Below are positions 16,609-25,656 of a DNA stretch of 64,000 nucleotides, one piece after another. The position numbers were made by a program, and so were the translations under genes. This stretch comes from a virus. Its lineage: Duplodnaviria > Caudoviricetes. Each line of letters starts with the position of its first letter. Position 1 is the first letter of the stretch. The notes below the pieces were generated by a model. The model was not told the origin of the DNA, did not search any database, and was given only the letters and a program-made list of their open reading frames with translations. The stretch is taken from positions 9,453 through 73,452 of the IMG/VR virus record IMGVR_UViG_3300010362_000016, one strand, 5' to 3'.

Positions 16609-17535
16609 ATGAGTCTGCTGGCTGAAATGTTGAGCAACCCCAAGACGTGCATACGCTGCATGCCAGAAAGCGCCGCCGCAGACCTGCGGGCCGACTTACG
16701 CCGGGTTCCGATTATCCAGTGCAGCAACGTAGCGCACTATTTGTTCGAGCATACTAACCTGAACGACTGGTATAAGGAGGGCTTCGAGAATCTGGCTCCG
16801 CCGTTTGAGCGGTTCTGGATGGAATTCAAGGTCCCCAAGGCCGTGATCCTGTCGCAGGAGCGCGTGGAGTGGAAGTTGTCCGGAGATTATCTCGGCGCTT
16901 TGATCGAGGGGTCCAAGCGTCCCCCTTGGACGCTGGATCTGAGCACCTTCGTCGATATCGATTCTCGACCCTTCGACTGCTCGTACATGTTCACGTTCCA
17001 CGTCGAGTTAGACGACGATGCACATACCATCCTGCTGCCGGGCTCGACGAGACCTGAAATGTTCATCCCCCATGGCACTTCACTGAGGCATATGATCGAT
17101 GGCTTTCGGTATACGCCGGAGGAGACTGAGAAGCTAAAGGTCGCCGCTATGATCCATTGGGCGGCGCTGTTCCCCATGTTTCTGGCCATCTCCTTCATGC
17201 ACTGCAAAAACGTAACGCTGAAGCAGCAGGCGTCCGACGCGGCCCTGGCCAAGCGCAATCTGCAACGCGGCAAGCCGTCCCTGAAGTATCATGTGATCGA
17301 AATCGAGCCGCTGAAACAGATCCTGCGCACCGAGGGCCGGATCGAAACCGAGGGCCTTCCGAAGGCCCTGCACATCTGCCGGGGCCACTTCGCGAAGTAC
17401 GCCGAGGATGGACCCGGTCTCTTCGGCAAAGGCATCCACGGTCGGTTCTGGATTCCACAACATGTGCGCGGCAGCGAAAAAAGGGGCGTGGTCGTCAGCG
17501 ATTACAACGTCAAAGCGCCCAAGGAAAGAGCGTAA
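16609..17535 (+). CDS. hypothetical protein, RGHF-motif family, paralog B
   Basis: NLAPPF..FW.E, FLAISFMHCKNV, ALHICRGHF. Confidence 0.8.
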   Translation: MSLLAEMLSNPKTCIRCMPESAAADLRADLRRVPIIQCSNVAHYLFEHTNLNDWYKEGFENLAPPFERFWMEFKVPKAVILSQERVEWKLSGDYLGALIEGSKRPPWTLDLSTFVDIDSRPFDCSYMFTFHVELDDDAHTILLPGSTRPEMFIPHGTSLRHMIDGFRYTPEETEKLKVAAMIHWAALFPMFLAISFMHCKNVTLKQQASDAALAKRNLQRGKPSLKYHVIEIEPLKQILRTEGRIETEGLPKALHICRGHFAKYAEDGPGLFGKGIHGRFWIPQHVRGSEKRGVVVSDYNVKAPKERA

Positions 17536-17569
17536 CTCCCGAGGCTGAGCCGAATGAGCAAAGGATAAG

Positions 17570-17779
17570 ATGATGACCCTTCAAACCAGGATCGAGAAAT
17601 TCGTGCGGGAATATTCCCCAAGAGATTATCCGGCCAGGAAGCTCTTCATCGACCAGCTACGGGATCTCCTCAACGAATACGCCGACGCGGCCCTGATCCA
17701 TGAAGCTCGCCCCGAGATCGGGATCGACCACGGTCACGGCCCCGGACCATCCCACAAGCCAACTAACTCCCGAAGATAA
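17570..17779 (+). CDS. hypothetical protein
   Basis: AAGGA RBS; 69 aa. Confidence 0.5.
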   Translation: MMTLQTRIEKFVREYSPRDYPARKLFIDQLRDLLNEYADAALIHEARPEIGIDHGHGPGPSHKPTNSRR

Positions 17780-17817
17780 GTTAACTCAACTTAGTTTAAG
17801 TAAAAAAGAGCCGGTAG

Positions 17818-17850
17818 CCGTGCCGTCCTCCCGGACGGCATGGGCTTTCA
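17818..17850 (+). terminator. GC-rich hairpin between convergent genes
   Basis: TGCCGTCC-TCCC-GGACGGCA stem-loop followed by short T run. Confidence 0.45.
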
Positions 17851-18124
17851 GGGATGGACCGGCTCTTCCAAGAGCCAACCAAGTTGCAAGCCAGACGTCC
17901 CAAGGTTACGTCATCCATCCCGGAACTGGTTATCCATCCCGGAACTGAACGTCATCTTCCGCACAATCCCAACGTTCGAGGATGATCCTCCAGGATTAGC
18001 CAGCAGTAAACTGAACCCAGCCCAGCACCGGGGCACGGACTGGGTCGTCGTCCCTCACTGCAAAGTGGGGCTGGGAGGCCCGGACATCCCAATTTGCCGG
18101 GCCTTCCATCGCCTTTTTCCCCCA

Positions 18125-18745
18125 TTACTCAGGGTTTACCCTTAGCACTTTCCTGATCAGACTTGCCACATAAACTCTCCTAGGCCTCAGCTTCACCAAT
18201 CCCTCCTGCTCAAGCTTCTTCAGGAGTTGATTCACCTTTTGTCTAGCCACCCCGATAGCATCCGCAAGCTCCTGTTGGGTCATCTTGACCACATAACCCC
18301 CTTCCTCCAGTCCTTGCGTCACAAGGAACTTGACCAACCGGTCCTTCGGTGGCAGAAGGTAGTGGTCCTTGTAGCTCTCCAACCTCAACAGTTCCTGCTC
18401 CAAGCTCCACTCAAAAATCCCAGGCCACTCCCTCTCCGCCTGGATCATCTCCCTCGCCTTCTCCCTCCCAAATCGCTTTACCGTACACTTATCGAACGCA
18501 ACCGCCGACGTCCGCCTATTATGTACTCCCTCCAATAGACCTTCAATCCCGAACAGTCCCCCCGCCCGGATGATCTCCACTATCCGCTCCCGCCCATCTT
18601 CTGCCTCAAACAAGGTCTTCACTCTACCAGCGTCCAGAATGAACACATCATCTGCCTCATCGCCACAGTGGTATATACACTTGCCCCTGGAATAATTCTC
18701 CAGCTTTCCCCCATCGCCAAACACCTTGCCCGGAATGAACTTCAT
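18125..18745 (-). CDS. Crp/Fnr family transcriptional regulator (206 aa)
   Basis: cNMP-binding fold (IYHCGDEADDVFILDAGRVK...GLFGIEGLL...RRTSAVA) plus HTH MTQQELADAIGVARQKVNQLLKKLEQEGLV; AAGGAGG RBS. Confidence 0.92.
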   Translation of the reverse strand: MKFIPGKVFGDGGKLENYSRGKCIYHCGDEADDVFILDAGRVKTLFEAEDGRERIVEIIRAGGLFGIEGLLEGVHNRRTSAVAFDKCTVKRFGREKAREMIQAEREWPGIFEWSLEQELLRLESYKDHYLLPPKDRLVKFLVTQGLEEGGYVVKMTQQELADAIGVARQKVNQLLKKLEQEGLVKLRPRRVYVASLIRKVLRVNPE

Positions 18746-19550
18746 GTGAACCGTTTCCTCCTTATTCCAAGATCGAACATGGATCGACAAAGCACCAGCC
18801 CCTCACAATTCCAACCATGTGAACCATTAAAACGGAGCCACAGACCCGTTTGAACGCCACACTACTACCAGATCTCGTAATACGCAAGCCGTTTTGCGAC
18901 TTAAATGTAAACTTCCTGTCCATTTCAGACACCAAACCGACTATCTATCGTCCACTAAGCAACCATCAGCCGCCACGAGCCGACCATCCGCAGACCGTCA
19001 GCCCACCACGAGCCACCACCAATTACCCAGTCCCAGAACATCTACTTTCCATCACCTCCACATTAAACCCACATATATCCACTTTTCTCTCCATTATTTC
19101 GCACATCTTCCGCCAGTAATTTCCACACGCCTTCCACAGCCAACCACTAACCACACCAGCCACACCCAAACTCCAGATCTGGAGTGCATCCGATCAGATA
19201 ACCCCAACCTTCCCAACCCTTCTAAACTACAACCTAACTCCACGAACTACCCTGAGCCACCCACCAAACCTCCTAACTCCAACATCGTTTGCCATCGTTG
19301 CCACCATAGCTACCATTGCCAAGAATGCCACGATAATCAAACTTATCCACAACACCTTCAATAACCCTTTCCAAACCCTTCTCCTACCCGGAAGTTGACT
19401 TATACGTGACACTTACCCAAAAGAGCGTCTCCGCTAAAAAAATATTTCGATTTTGTCCTAAAAGGGACTTTTCTTTTGAATTTCGAGGGCGTAACCTAAT
19501 CTCCATCGAGATAGAGCGGGTTCGCTACCTGCTGCACGGCAACCCTTCGG

Positions 19551-19665
19551 GACCAGGGGCCGGGAGTCCAGACACCAAGTCTCTTCTCCCGCCGTAGCTG
19601 GACCCGGCCCTCTCGCAGGCGTGAGGGGAGAAGAGCAGACCCTGGCTTCGCCAGGGCGTTTTATA
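19551..19665 (+). ncRNA. candidate pseudoknotted RNA / regulatory leader with terminator hairpin
   Basis: 13-bp stem 19557-71/19598-610, interleaved 10-bp stem 19581-90/19626-35, hairpin CCCTGGC-TTC-GCCAGGG then CGTTTTAT. Confidence 0.4.
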
Positions 19666-19729
19666 ACTTACGTTTGCGATTCCAGTACTTACTGGACCTC
19701 GCCAGACGTGTGTCCATCGGGGAGAAGAA

Positions 19730-19948
19730 GTGGTAAGGGACAGCGGCGGAAATTATCGTAAGCCAAAAGTCAGGCTTATGCTCCAGGACTATGTCGTTCT
19801 CAAGAACCTCCTGGAAGACATGGACGACCTGAGCGACCGGGAACAGATCCTCCTCAGCAAAATCAACTACATCATCGACGCCATTGAAAAACACGATGTC
19901 AGGCCCCAGACACGGCCTTCCTCCAAGGAAACGGAGCCTTCTTCATGA
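19730..19948 (+). CDS. hypothetical protein
   Basis: GGAG RBS, GTG start, ATGA overlap with next gene. Confidence 0.55.
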   Translation: MVRDSGGNYRKPKVRLMLQDYVVLKNLLEDMDDLSDREQILLSKINYIIDAIEKHDVRPQTRPSSKETEPSS

Positions 19949-21375
19949 CTTACTTCAATACTTCTAGATCGAGGACCTTAGATCACCTCCGATGTCCCCG
20001 GGCAAGGTATATCCTCCACGAAAGGGAGGGGACCGGCGTCGAACTCGTCCGGCAGGCTGTCCCCCTCGTGACAGGAGTCTCCGTCCACAAAGGTATGGCT
20101 ACCGGTCTCGCGACCGGCAACGAAGAATCCGCCGTTCACGCCGCCCTCCAAGATTACGAAAACGTAACCCGGGGCCGTGGCCTGGACATCTCCGACCTCG
20201 AAAGTCAATCCTTCGTCTACAGCGAACAGCGGGCCCTGGCCGAGGCCCTCACCCGGTTGGGATTCCGCAGGATGATTCCCCGGGTCCATGCCACCTACGA
20301 CGTCATCGAGATCGAAACCTTCGACAAGAGACTCATGGTCGAGAACGACAAGGTTCAGGTGTTCTGGAGGTCGATTCCAGATGCTCTCCTCCGCAAGAAG
20401 GATGACGGGGAGCTTTATCTAATGAGTTGGAAGACTGCTTCCGAGTTGCCGACGGATAGTGACGCCAGAGTAGATATGCAGGGTGTTTCCGAAGCCTGGG
20501 CGTTACAGGCGAGGTTGGATGAAGTGTGGAACAAGGTGAGAAGTGGAGAGCAGTTGAATGGAGGAGTGAGTGAGAGGTTGGTTGAGGTGTTGAGGGGATT
20601 GGAGGTGAGGCCGAGGATTCGGGGGATTCAGATGGGGTTTCTGGTGAAGGGGATGAGGAGGGTGGCTTCCAAGGAGATGACGGCGAGGTATCTCACTGCG
20701 GAGCAGATAGCGGCGGGGTGGAAGTTGTATCGGACTGAGAATCCGTTGATTTATGGGTATGTTGATTCGTCAAGTTTGTCCAGTTTGGGGTCGGTGAGTT
20801 GGACGAGAGATTACAAGTGTGTAGGTCCGCATCCTATGAGGAAGTCGAAGTGGTATCCGACTGGGATGTGTGAGACGCCTGGGAAGTCACATAAGAGGGG
20901 AGATGAGTGGACTAGCTTTGCGGTGTGGGAGACGCCGGAGGGGGTCAAAGGATGGATGGATGGGTTGCCGGAGTTGGATAAGGTTGCTGGTGATCCCATG
21001 GAGATGATGTGGACGTTGCCTGTGCCGAACTTCAGGACGATTGAGCAGGTAAGGGATTGGTATGAGCAGACCAGGACGAGGGAGGAGAAGATCGCCATGG
21101 ATCTCCTCCGGGTCAGGGAGGTGGAGAAGAAGATCCAGGAAGATCCTAGCGATGAGGTGACTGAGGAGTTGAGAGTGGTTCTTAATGAGACTTTTCCTCA
21201 GACGACTGACCAGTGCAATCACTGGTTCGGGAGGAATTGTCCAGCGTGTGGAATTTGCTGGGGGCCGGATCATATTAAGGATGATCCTGTGGGCAGCGGG
21301 TTATATCAGTGGAAGGTTCAGTTGGATGAGAGGGAGGTTGGGGTTGGAATAGAGATGGAAGGAGGTGAGGAGTGA
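19945..21375 (+). CDS. PD-(D/E)XK nuclease, Cas4/AddB-like with split Cys cluster
   Basis: RCPR, G.SVH, IPDALL...SWKT, C-terminal QC-x7-CPACGIC. Confidence 0.75.
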   Translation: MTYFNTSRSRTLDHLRCPRARYILHEREGTGVELVRQAVPLVTGVSVHKGMATGLATGNEESAVHAALQDYENVTRGRGLDISDLESQSFVYSEQRALAEALTRLGFRRMIPRVHATYDVIEIETFDKRLMVENDKVQVFWRSIPDALLRKKDDGELYLMSWKTASELPTDSDARVDMQGVSEAWALQARLDEVWNKVRSGEQLNGGVSERLVEVLRGLEVRPRIRGIQMGFLVKGMRRVASKEMTARYLTAEQIAAGWKLYRTENPLIYGYVDSSSLSSLGSVSWTRDYKCVGPHPMRKSKWYPTGMCETPGKSHKRGDEWTSFAVWETPEGVKGWMDGLPELDKVAGDPMEMMWTLPVPNFRTIEQVRDWYEQTRTREEKIAMDLLRVREVEKKIQEDPSDEVTEELRVVLNETFPQTTDQCNHWFGRNCPACGICWGPDHIKDDPVGSGLYQWKVQLDEREVGVGIEMEGGEE

Positions 21376-21953
21376 GTAGGTGTGAGACTGTGAGTCCGAG
21401 TGGATTGGTTTGGTGTTCCTTGGAAGAGGGACATGATGGAGAACACGTGGCGTATGCGAGGCATATGGTGGGTGGAATGGTGATGGAGAAGTGGGAGGGA
21501 AGGATGAAAGAAGGGGAATATCTGGTAAGGGTTCTTAGATTGGTTGAATATTGTGGGCCGAGATCAGCCGTTGAGAATACCGTGGCGAGGAGTGTTCAGG
21601 GAACGAAGGTGATTGGGACAGGGTTGAGTATCACGGCGGTTACTTTGGGGATCTGGCCGGATGTGGTGAAGGATGCCAGGGAGCAGGCCGATCCGAAGCA
21701 GTTGGGGGAGTTGATTGATCTGGTGGGGAAGTTGACGAATGACTTGGGGAAGTTGAGGACGGAGGCGAAGGAGAGGGTGCAGGTTCTGAGGGATCTGGAG
21801 AAGGAGAACGGTGAGCTAAGGGATTGGGTGTCGAGTCTGGAGGGGGAGTTGGGGAGCGCTCATTCAAAGATCGACGCGGCCAGGGTGGAGTTGGAGGAGT
21901 TGATCGGGTCAACGGATGACGGCGGGGACGCTGATGGCGTCCGAGAGGGTTGA
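21372..21953 (+). CDS. coiled-coil hypothetical protein
   Basis: heptad-rich C-terminal half. Confidence 0.65.
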   Translation: MSRCETVSPSGLVWCSLEEGHDGEHVAYARHMVGGMVMEKWEGRMKEGEYLVRVLRLVEYCGPRSAVENTVARSVQGTKVIGTGLSITAVTLGIWPDVVKDAREQADPKQLGELIDLVGKLTNDLGKLRTEAKERVQVLRDLEKENGELRDWVSSLEGELGSAHSKIDAARVELEELIGSTDDGGDADGVREG

Positions 21954-21956
21954 GGA

Positions 21957-23015
21957 ATGGCCAGGGCTCAGACATTTTTGCTTTACGCAGCGAGTGACTC
22001 GGGGAAGACCAGTCAGCTTGGAGAGACTGCTCAGTGGGAGTTCAGGAAGACCGGCAGTATATCCCGGCTGATCAGTGCGGATTCTTCCTGGGCTCCCCTG
22101 GAGGAGATGATTGCTACTCCTGAACGTAAGTTGGGCACTGAGTATACCGACATCGACGGGAAGAAGAGAGTTGTTTGCATCGAGGCATGGAATGTTCAGG
22201 GTCTGCAAGATCCCTGGGCTCCTTTGGTGGAGTTGAGCGAGGGCGCGTGGCCCCAAGTAGTCGAGTCCGAAGCCGGGAGGTTGAAGCTGAAAATGGTCCA
22301 GCCGGTCTGGAAGGACGGATGGATTATATCCCAGGGATTTCGGGTAGGGCAGGTCTTCAACGAGGGGTTATCGACATTTGCTTCGTTGGGGCTCCAGGAT
22401 CATCAGCGGACGGCCAGGAAGCTTTCCCAGGATGTGGTAGGGACGTTCAACTCCACAGTCGTCGAGATTTCCGAGACGGCCAAGGAGGAATCCAAGACCA
22501 TGAGCTTCAGCGCGGCCAGCCCCTCGCATTATGGGCAGATCCAGAGGTTCATCCTCGATGATTTAGTCCCTCGATTTGGCCGGTTGAAAGTCTCCCGGGT
22601 CATCTGGACGGCCCACGAAGCCAAAGGCCGGGATGCGATAACCGGCATCGATAAGTCCGCCCTGGGCGTGGACGCCGGAGGTCCGGCGGTCGTCGATAAA
22701 ACCGTCCAGAAATTCGCACACTCCTTCCACCTCACGGTCGCGACTAATCTAGTTGCTGACCGTGTGGCGGGTCAGATCATCCAGCGGGAGTTCCGGGCGT
22801 GGTTCGTCCAGCACCCCGATGATACCTTGACGAAACTCACTTGGCCAGCCAAGGTCAGTCTGTCGATTCCCAAAGCCAAGCAGTTACTGAAAAAGTATCC
22901 CCAAGGATATATCTCCCTGACTAACGGCTCACTCTGTGATTATTTAGAATTCCTGGAAGTTCCCTCACCATCCGAAAAGATCGAGAAGGTGGAGAAGATC
23001 GAGAAGGTTAAGTAA
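21957..23015 (+). CDS. AAA_24 / Sak4-like ATPase (putative recombinase)
   Basis: LLYAASDSGKT P-loop, IWTAHE motif; located between exonuclease and SSB. Confidence 0.75.
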   Translation: MARAQTFLLYAASDSGKTSQLGETAQWEFRKTGSISRLISADSSWAPLEEMIATPERKLGTEYTDIDGKKRVVCIEAWNVQGLQDPWAPLVELSEGAWPQVVESEAGRLKLKMVQPVWKDGWIISQGFRVGQVFNEGLSTFASLGLQDHQRTARKLSQDVVGTFNSTVVEISETAKEESKTMSFSAASPSHYGQIQRFILDDLVPRFGRLKVSRVIWTAHEAKGRDAITGIDKSALGVDAGGPAVVDKTVQKFAHSFHLTVATNLVADRVAGQIIQREFRAWFVQHPDDTLTKLTWPAKVSLSIPKAKQLLKKYPQGYISLTNGSLCDYLEFLEVPSPSEKIEKVEKIEKVK

Positions 23016-23039
23016 CTCAAAAGATAGAAAGGAAGAAAC

Positions 23040-23654
23040 ATGGCAGCAGTTGATATTAACGATACGGATTTGTTGCGGCAGGAGGTGGAGACCGACGCGG
23101 GCGCGGACCCGAAGAGGTTTTTTTCACCGCCGATGCTGGATGACGGGGAGTATGACGCCATCCTGGAGCTTGGCGACCGGGGGATTACGGTCACCCAGCA
23201 GAAAGATAAAACCTCCGGGGAGAAGACCGGCCCGGCGTTTTTGACGGTTCATCTCCATGCGATTACGGTGGACGCGGGAGGTAATCAGGGCCTGGGAGTG
23301 TTCGATAATCCCACGTCGATTGTCATGCAGAGCCAGGGGATGAGCAAGCTGGTGGCGATATTGACCCTGGCCGGTGCCGATGTCCCGGGGAAGTGTACGT
23401 TGGCGGATTTAAAATCCCTCACCGAGACGACCCTCGCCCAGACGCCTCGGGTGAAGATCACTACCCGCTGGGAAGCCCAGGTGAAGCTCACGGATGGAAC
23501 TTACCAGACCATCCGGACGGGCCAGAAGAACTTCCCGCCGGAATTCAACCCGGATGGGTCGCCCAACGGAAGATATAACTCCGAGGTGACCGATCCCAAG
23601 TCAGGGCTTGCGGCTACGGCCCAGGTCCGGATCACGAAATATGGGAAGGCCTAA
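23040..23654 (+). CDS. putative ssDNA-binding protein (DUF669-like)
   Basis: MLDDGEYDAIL motif; synteny with Sak4-like ATPase. Confidence 0.6.
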   Translation: MAAVDINDTDLLRQEVETDAGADPKRFFSPPMLDDGEYDAILELGDRGITVTQQKDKTSGEKTGPAFLTVHLHAITVDAGGNQGLGVFDNPTSIVMQSQGMSKLVAILTLAGADVPGKCTLADLKSLTETTLAQTPRVKITTRWEAQVKLTDGTYQTIRTGQKNFPPEFNPDGSPNGRYNSEVTDPKSGLAATAQVRITKYGKA

Positions 23655-23682
23655 ACCATCCCGGAAAGGAAAGCGCTCAGTC

Positions 23683-24153
23683 ATGGGGACGTCATCATCG
23701 TCATCATCAAGCAAAGGTAAATCAACCTCCCCGAGCCCTCCGGCGGTCAGTCCGGTGGCCAAGCGGGGAGGAAAAATTCCTGCAAATTCCCAGGGCGAAA
23801 CCGTGGATCTCGGACTCCTGGGTCTCACGGAAAAATTCATCGGCGGCAGGAGATCTCAATACGACGCCGAACTGGATAAGCTGATCGCCGACACGGCTAA
23901 ATCAGAAAATCCCTCCCATGTCGGCAGGAAATTCACCGACATCCGGGCGGCGAACTCTCTCAAGAAGCGAGCGGATATCAGGGGGGTGAAGCTGGAGTTC
24001 CTCACGTTGCCGAACAACCAGGGGTTTGTCGTCAGGATTGATCCCAATCCGCAGTCACGGAAGGTCAAATCCCCTTCCCCGACGTCCCCGGGCCTCCAGA
24101 CGGGTGGAACCGTTCCCAACCCCGACGGCCAGGAAATCACCGTCACTTCCTAG
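23683..24153 (+). CDS. hypothetical basic protein
   Basis: GGAAAGGA RBS before ATG 23683. Confidence 0.55.
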   Translation: MGTSSSSSSSKGKSTSPSPPAVSPVAKRGGKIPANSQGETVDLGLLGLTEKFIGGRRSQYDAELDKLIADTAKSENPSHVGRKFTDIRAANSLKKRADIRGVKLEFLTLPNNQGFVVRIDPNPQSRKVKSPSPTSPGLQTGGTVPNPDGQEITVTS

Positions 24154-24161
24154 GAGAACCA

Positions 24162-24398
24162 ATGCCGTTTCCGCAATGGGAACTCAACCGGCTCGTGGGC
24201 GGGAAGTGGTCCGTCCGGCTTCGCGGGGAGGAGCAGTGGATCTTAAACCTGCCTCCCCAGCCCAGGGAAGCCGCCGAGGAAATCGAGTGGATGCTCAACG
24301 CCCTGGAACTGGACCTCCCAACCCGCCGGGAAGTCCAGCCGGACCCGGCGAACCCGGCGGCTCAGCCGCCGGGGCCGGGCCCGGGTCTGGAGGATTAA
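24162..24398 (+). CDS. hypothetical protein
   Basis: AGGAG RBS. Confidence 0.6.
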   Translation: MPFPQWELNRLVGGKWSVRLRGEEQWILNLPPQPREAAEEIEWMLNALELDLPTRREVQPDPANPAAQPPGPGPGLED

Positions 24399-24707
24399 AT
24401 GGCCGTCCTGACCTTCGGCAAATACAACGGCATGCCCATCGAGTCCGTCCCGGCAGACTATCTCGAATGGCTCATCGAGACCCGCAAAAAGGACATCAGA
24501 CTCTACCAGGACGAACTCGACCGCCGGGCTGCTGCTGAGTTATCCAGCCTGACCATGGTCGAGCGGATCATCCAGGCCGGGTATAAATCCCTGGCCAAAT
24601 CCTTCCACCCCGACGTGGGAGGAGACGCTAACCAATTCCGCGAGTTGCAAGGGAGCTACGAGCAACTCAAAGGAATCCTGAGCGAGGTTAAATCAACCAG
24701 CAAGTAG
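24399..24707 (+). CDS. DUF3820-like (FGKY...VP.DYLEW) plus J-domain-like (HPD) fusion
   Basis: LTFGKYNG..IESVPADYLEWL; YKSLAKSFHPDVGGDANQFREL. Confidence 0.7.
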   Translation: MAVLTFGKYNGMPIESVPADYLEWLIETRKKDIRLYQDELDRRAAAELSSLTMVERIIQAGYKSLAKSFHPDVGGDANQFRELQGSYEQLKGILSEVKSTSK

Positions 24708-24728
24708 ACGAATCGGGGGAGTTTCAGT

Positions 24729-25055
24729 ATGAAGACCGTGTCGCTTCAACTTAAACAGTCGCCGCCCACGATCAAGATCGAATCTCGAATTCCAGTTGGA
24801 GTGCTGATGGTGGTTATCCAGGATCTGAACGATGAACTAATGATCATCCTAAATGCTGTGGAGAAGCTCATGGAAGCTAAGGTAGTTTTGCAGGATCGCA
24901 GTTTCATGAGGGCGCTTCTGGATATCAAAATCGCCGCCCGGAAGCTTAGTGAGAAACACAGGATGTTAACGGAGTTTGTGAAGGTTCGCGGCGGGAAAGC
25001 CCTGGCTGTAACTGTCGAGGAGATTGTAAGGAGGAGTTATGAAGAAAGGGAGTGA
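24729..25055 (+). CDS. hypothetical protein
   Basis: GGGGAG RBS. Confidence 0.6.
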   Translation: MKTVSLQLKQSPPTIKIESRIPVGVLMVVIQDLNDELMIILNAVEKLMEAKVVLQDRSFMRALLDIKIAARKLSEKHRMLTEFVKVRGGKALAVTVEEIVRRSYEERE

Positions 25056-25656
25056 GGTCGCTAAAACGGAGCAGGAGATCCAGAGGGATGAGTTGCGGAG
25101 GAGGATGGTCGAGAAGTTAAAGCAACCAGGATTAACTCGGGAGTCGGGGAAGCCTGGGAAGTTTCCCAGCACGTCTTGTTTGCTCCTCGACAGGTCCGGA
25201 AGCATGGCGATGAGGGTTGGGGATAAGTCGATGAGATCCAGCCGGATTCAGGAGTTAAGGAAGCTGGCGGAGATGTTTCCGGGAGTGAGGAAGTTTCAGT
25301 ATGACCATGAGGTCTCGGAGCTTTGGGAAGGGGAGATGATTGCGGACGCGAGAGGGGATAATGACGAGCCGCTGGCGTTTGAGTATGTGAAGAAGCACGG
25401 GATCAGGCATGTGGTGTTGTTGAGTGATGGGGGAGCGGATAATCCCAGGAAGGCGCTGGAGGCTGCGAAGGGGCTCAAAGTAGACGTGTGTTATATCGGC
25501 CCGGAACCTATGCCGCAGTTTCTGGTGGATCTGGCGAACCAATCCGGCGGAACGGCTCAGAAGGGGAATTTGACGATGTTGAAGGAGCTTGAGTCGAAGG
25601 TCCGGGAGAGGTTGTTGATCGAGGCTCCGCCGTGGGAGGAGTCGATTAAGTTATGA
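25039..25656 (+). CDS. vWA domain protein
   Basis: LLLDRSGSM (MIDAS DxSxS) and VVLLSDG. Confidence 0.85.
   Translation: MKKGSEVAKTEQEIQRDELRRRMVEKLKQPGLTRESGKPGKFPSTSCLLLDRSGSMAMRVGDKSMRSSRIQELRKLAEMFPGVRKFQYDHEVSELWEGEMIADARGDNDEPLAFEYVKKHGIRHVVLLSDGGADNPRKALEAAKGLKVDVCYIGPEPMPQFLVDLANQSGGTAQKGNLTMLKELESKVRERLLIEAPPWEESIKL

Noticed and set aside
18790-19412. Short ORFs upstream of the Crp gene (19227..19412 minus, 18894..19364 plus)
   Set aside because: Low-complexity skewed sequence without convincing RBS or motifs; cannot be supported
19551-19665. HDV-like or hammerhead ribozyme, SRP RNA, cobalamin riboswitch
   Set aside because: Missing L3/P1.1 consensus, no CUGANGA/GAAA core, only fragmentary motif similarity
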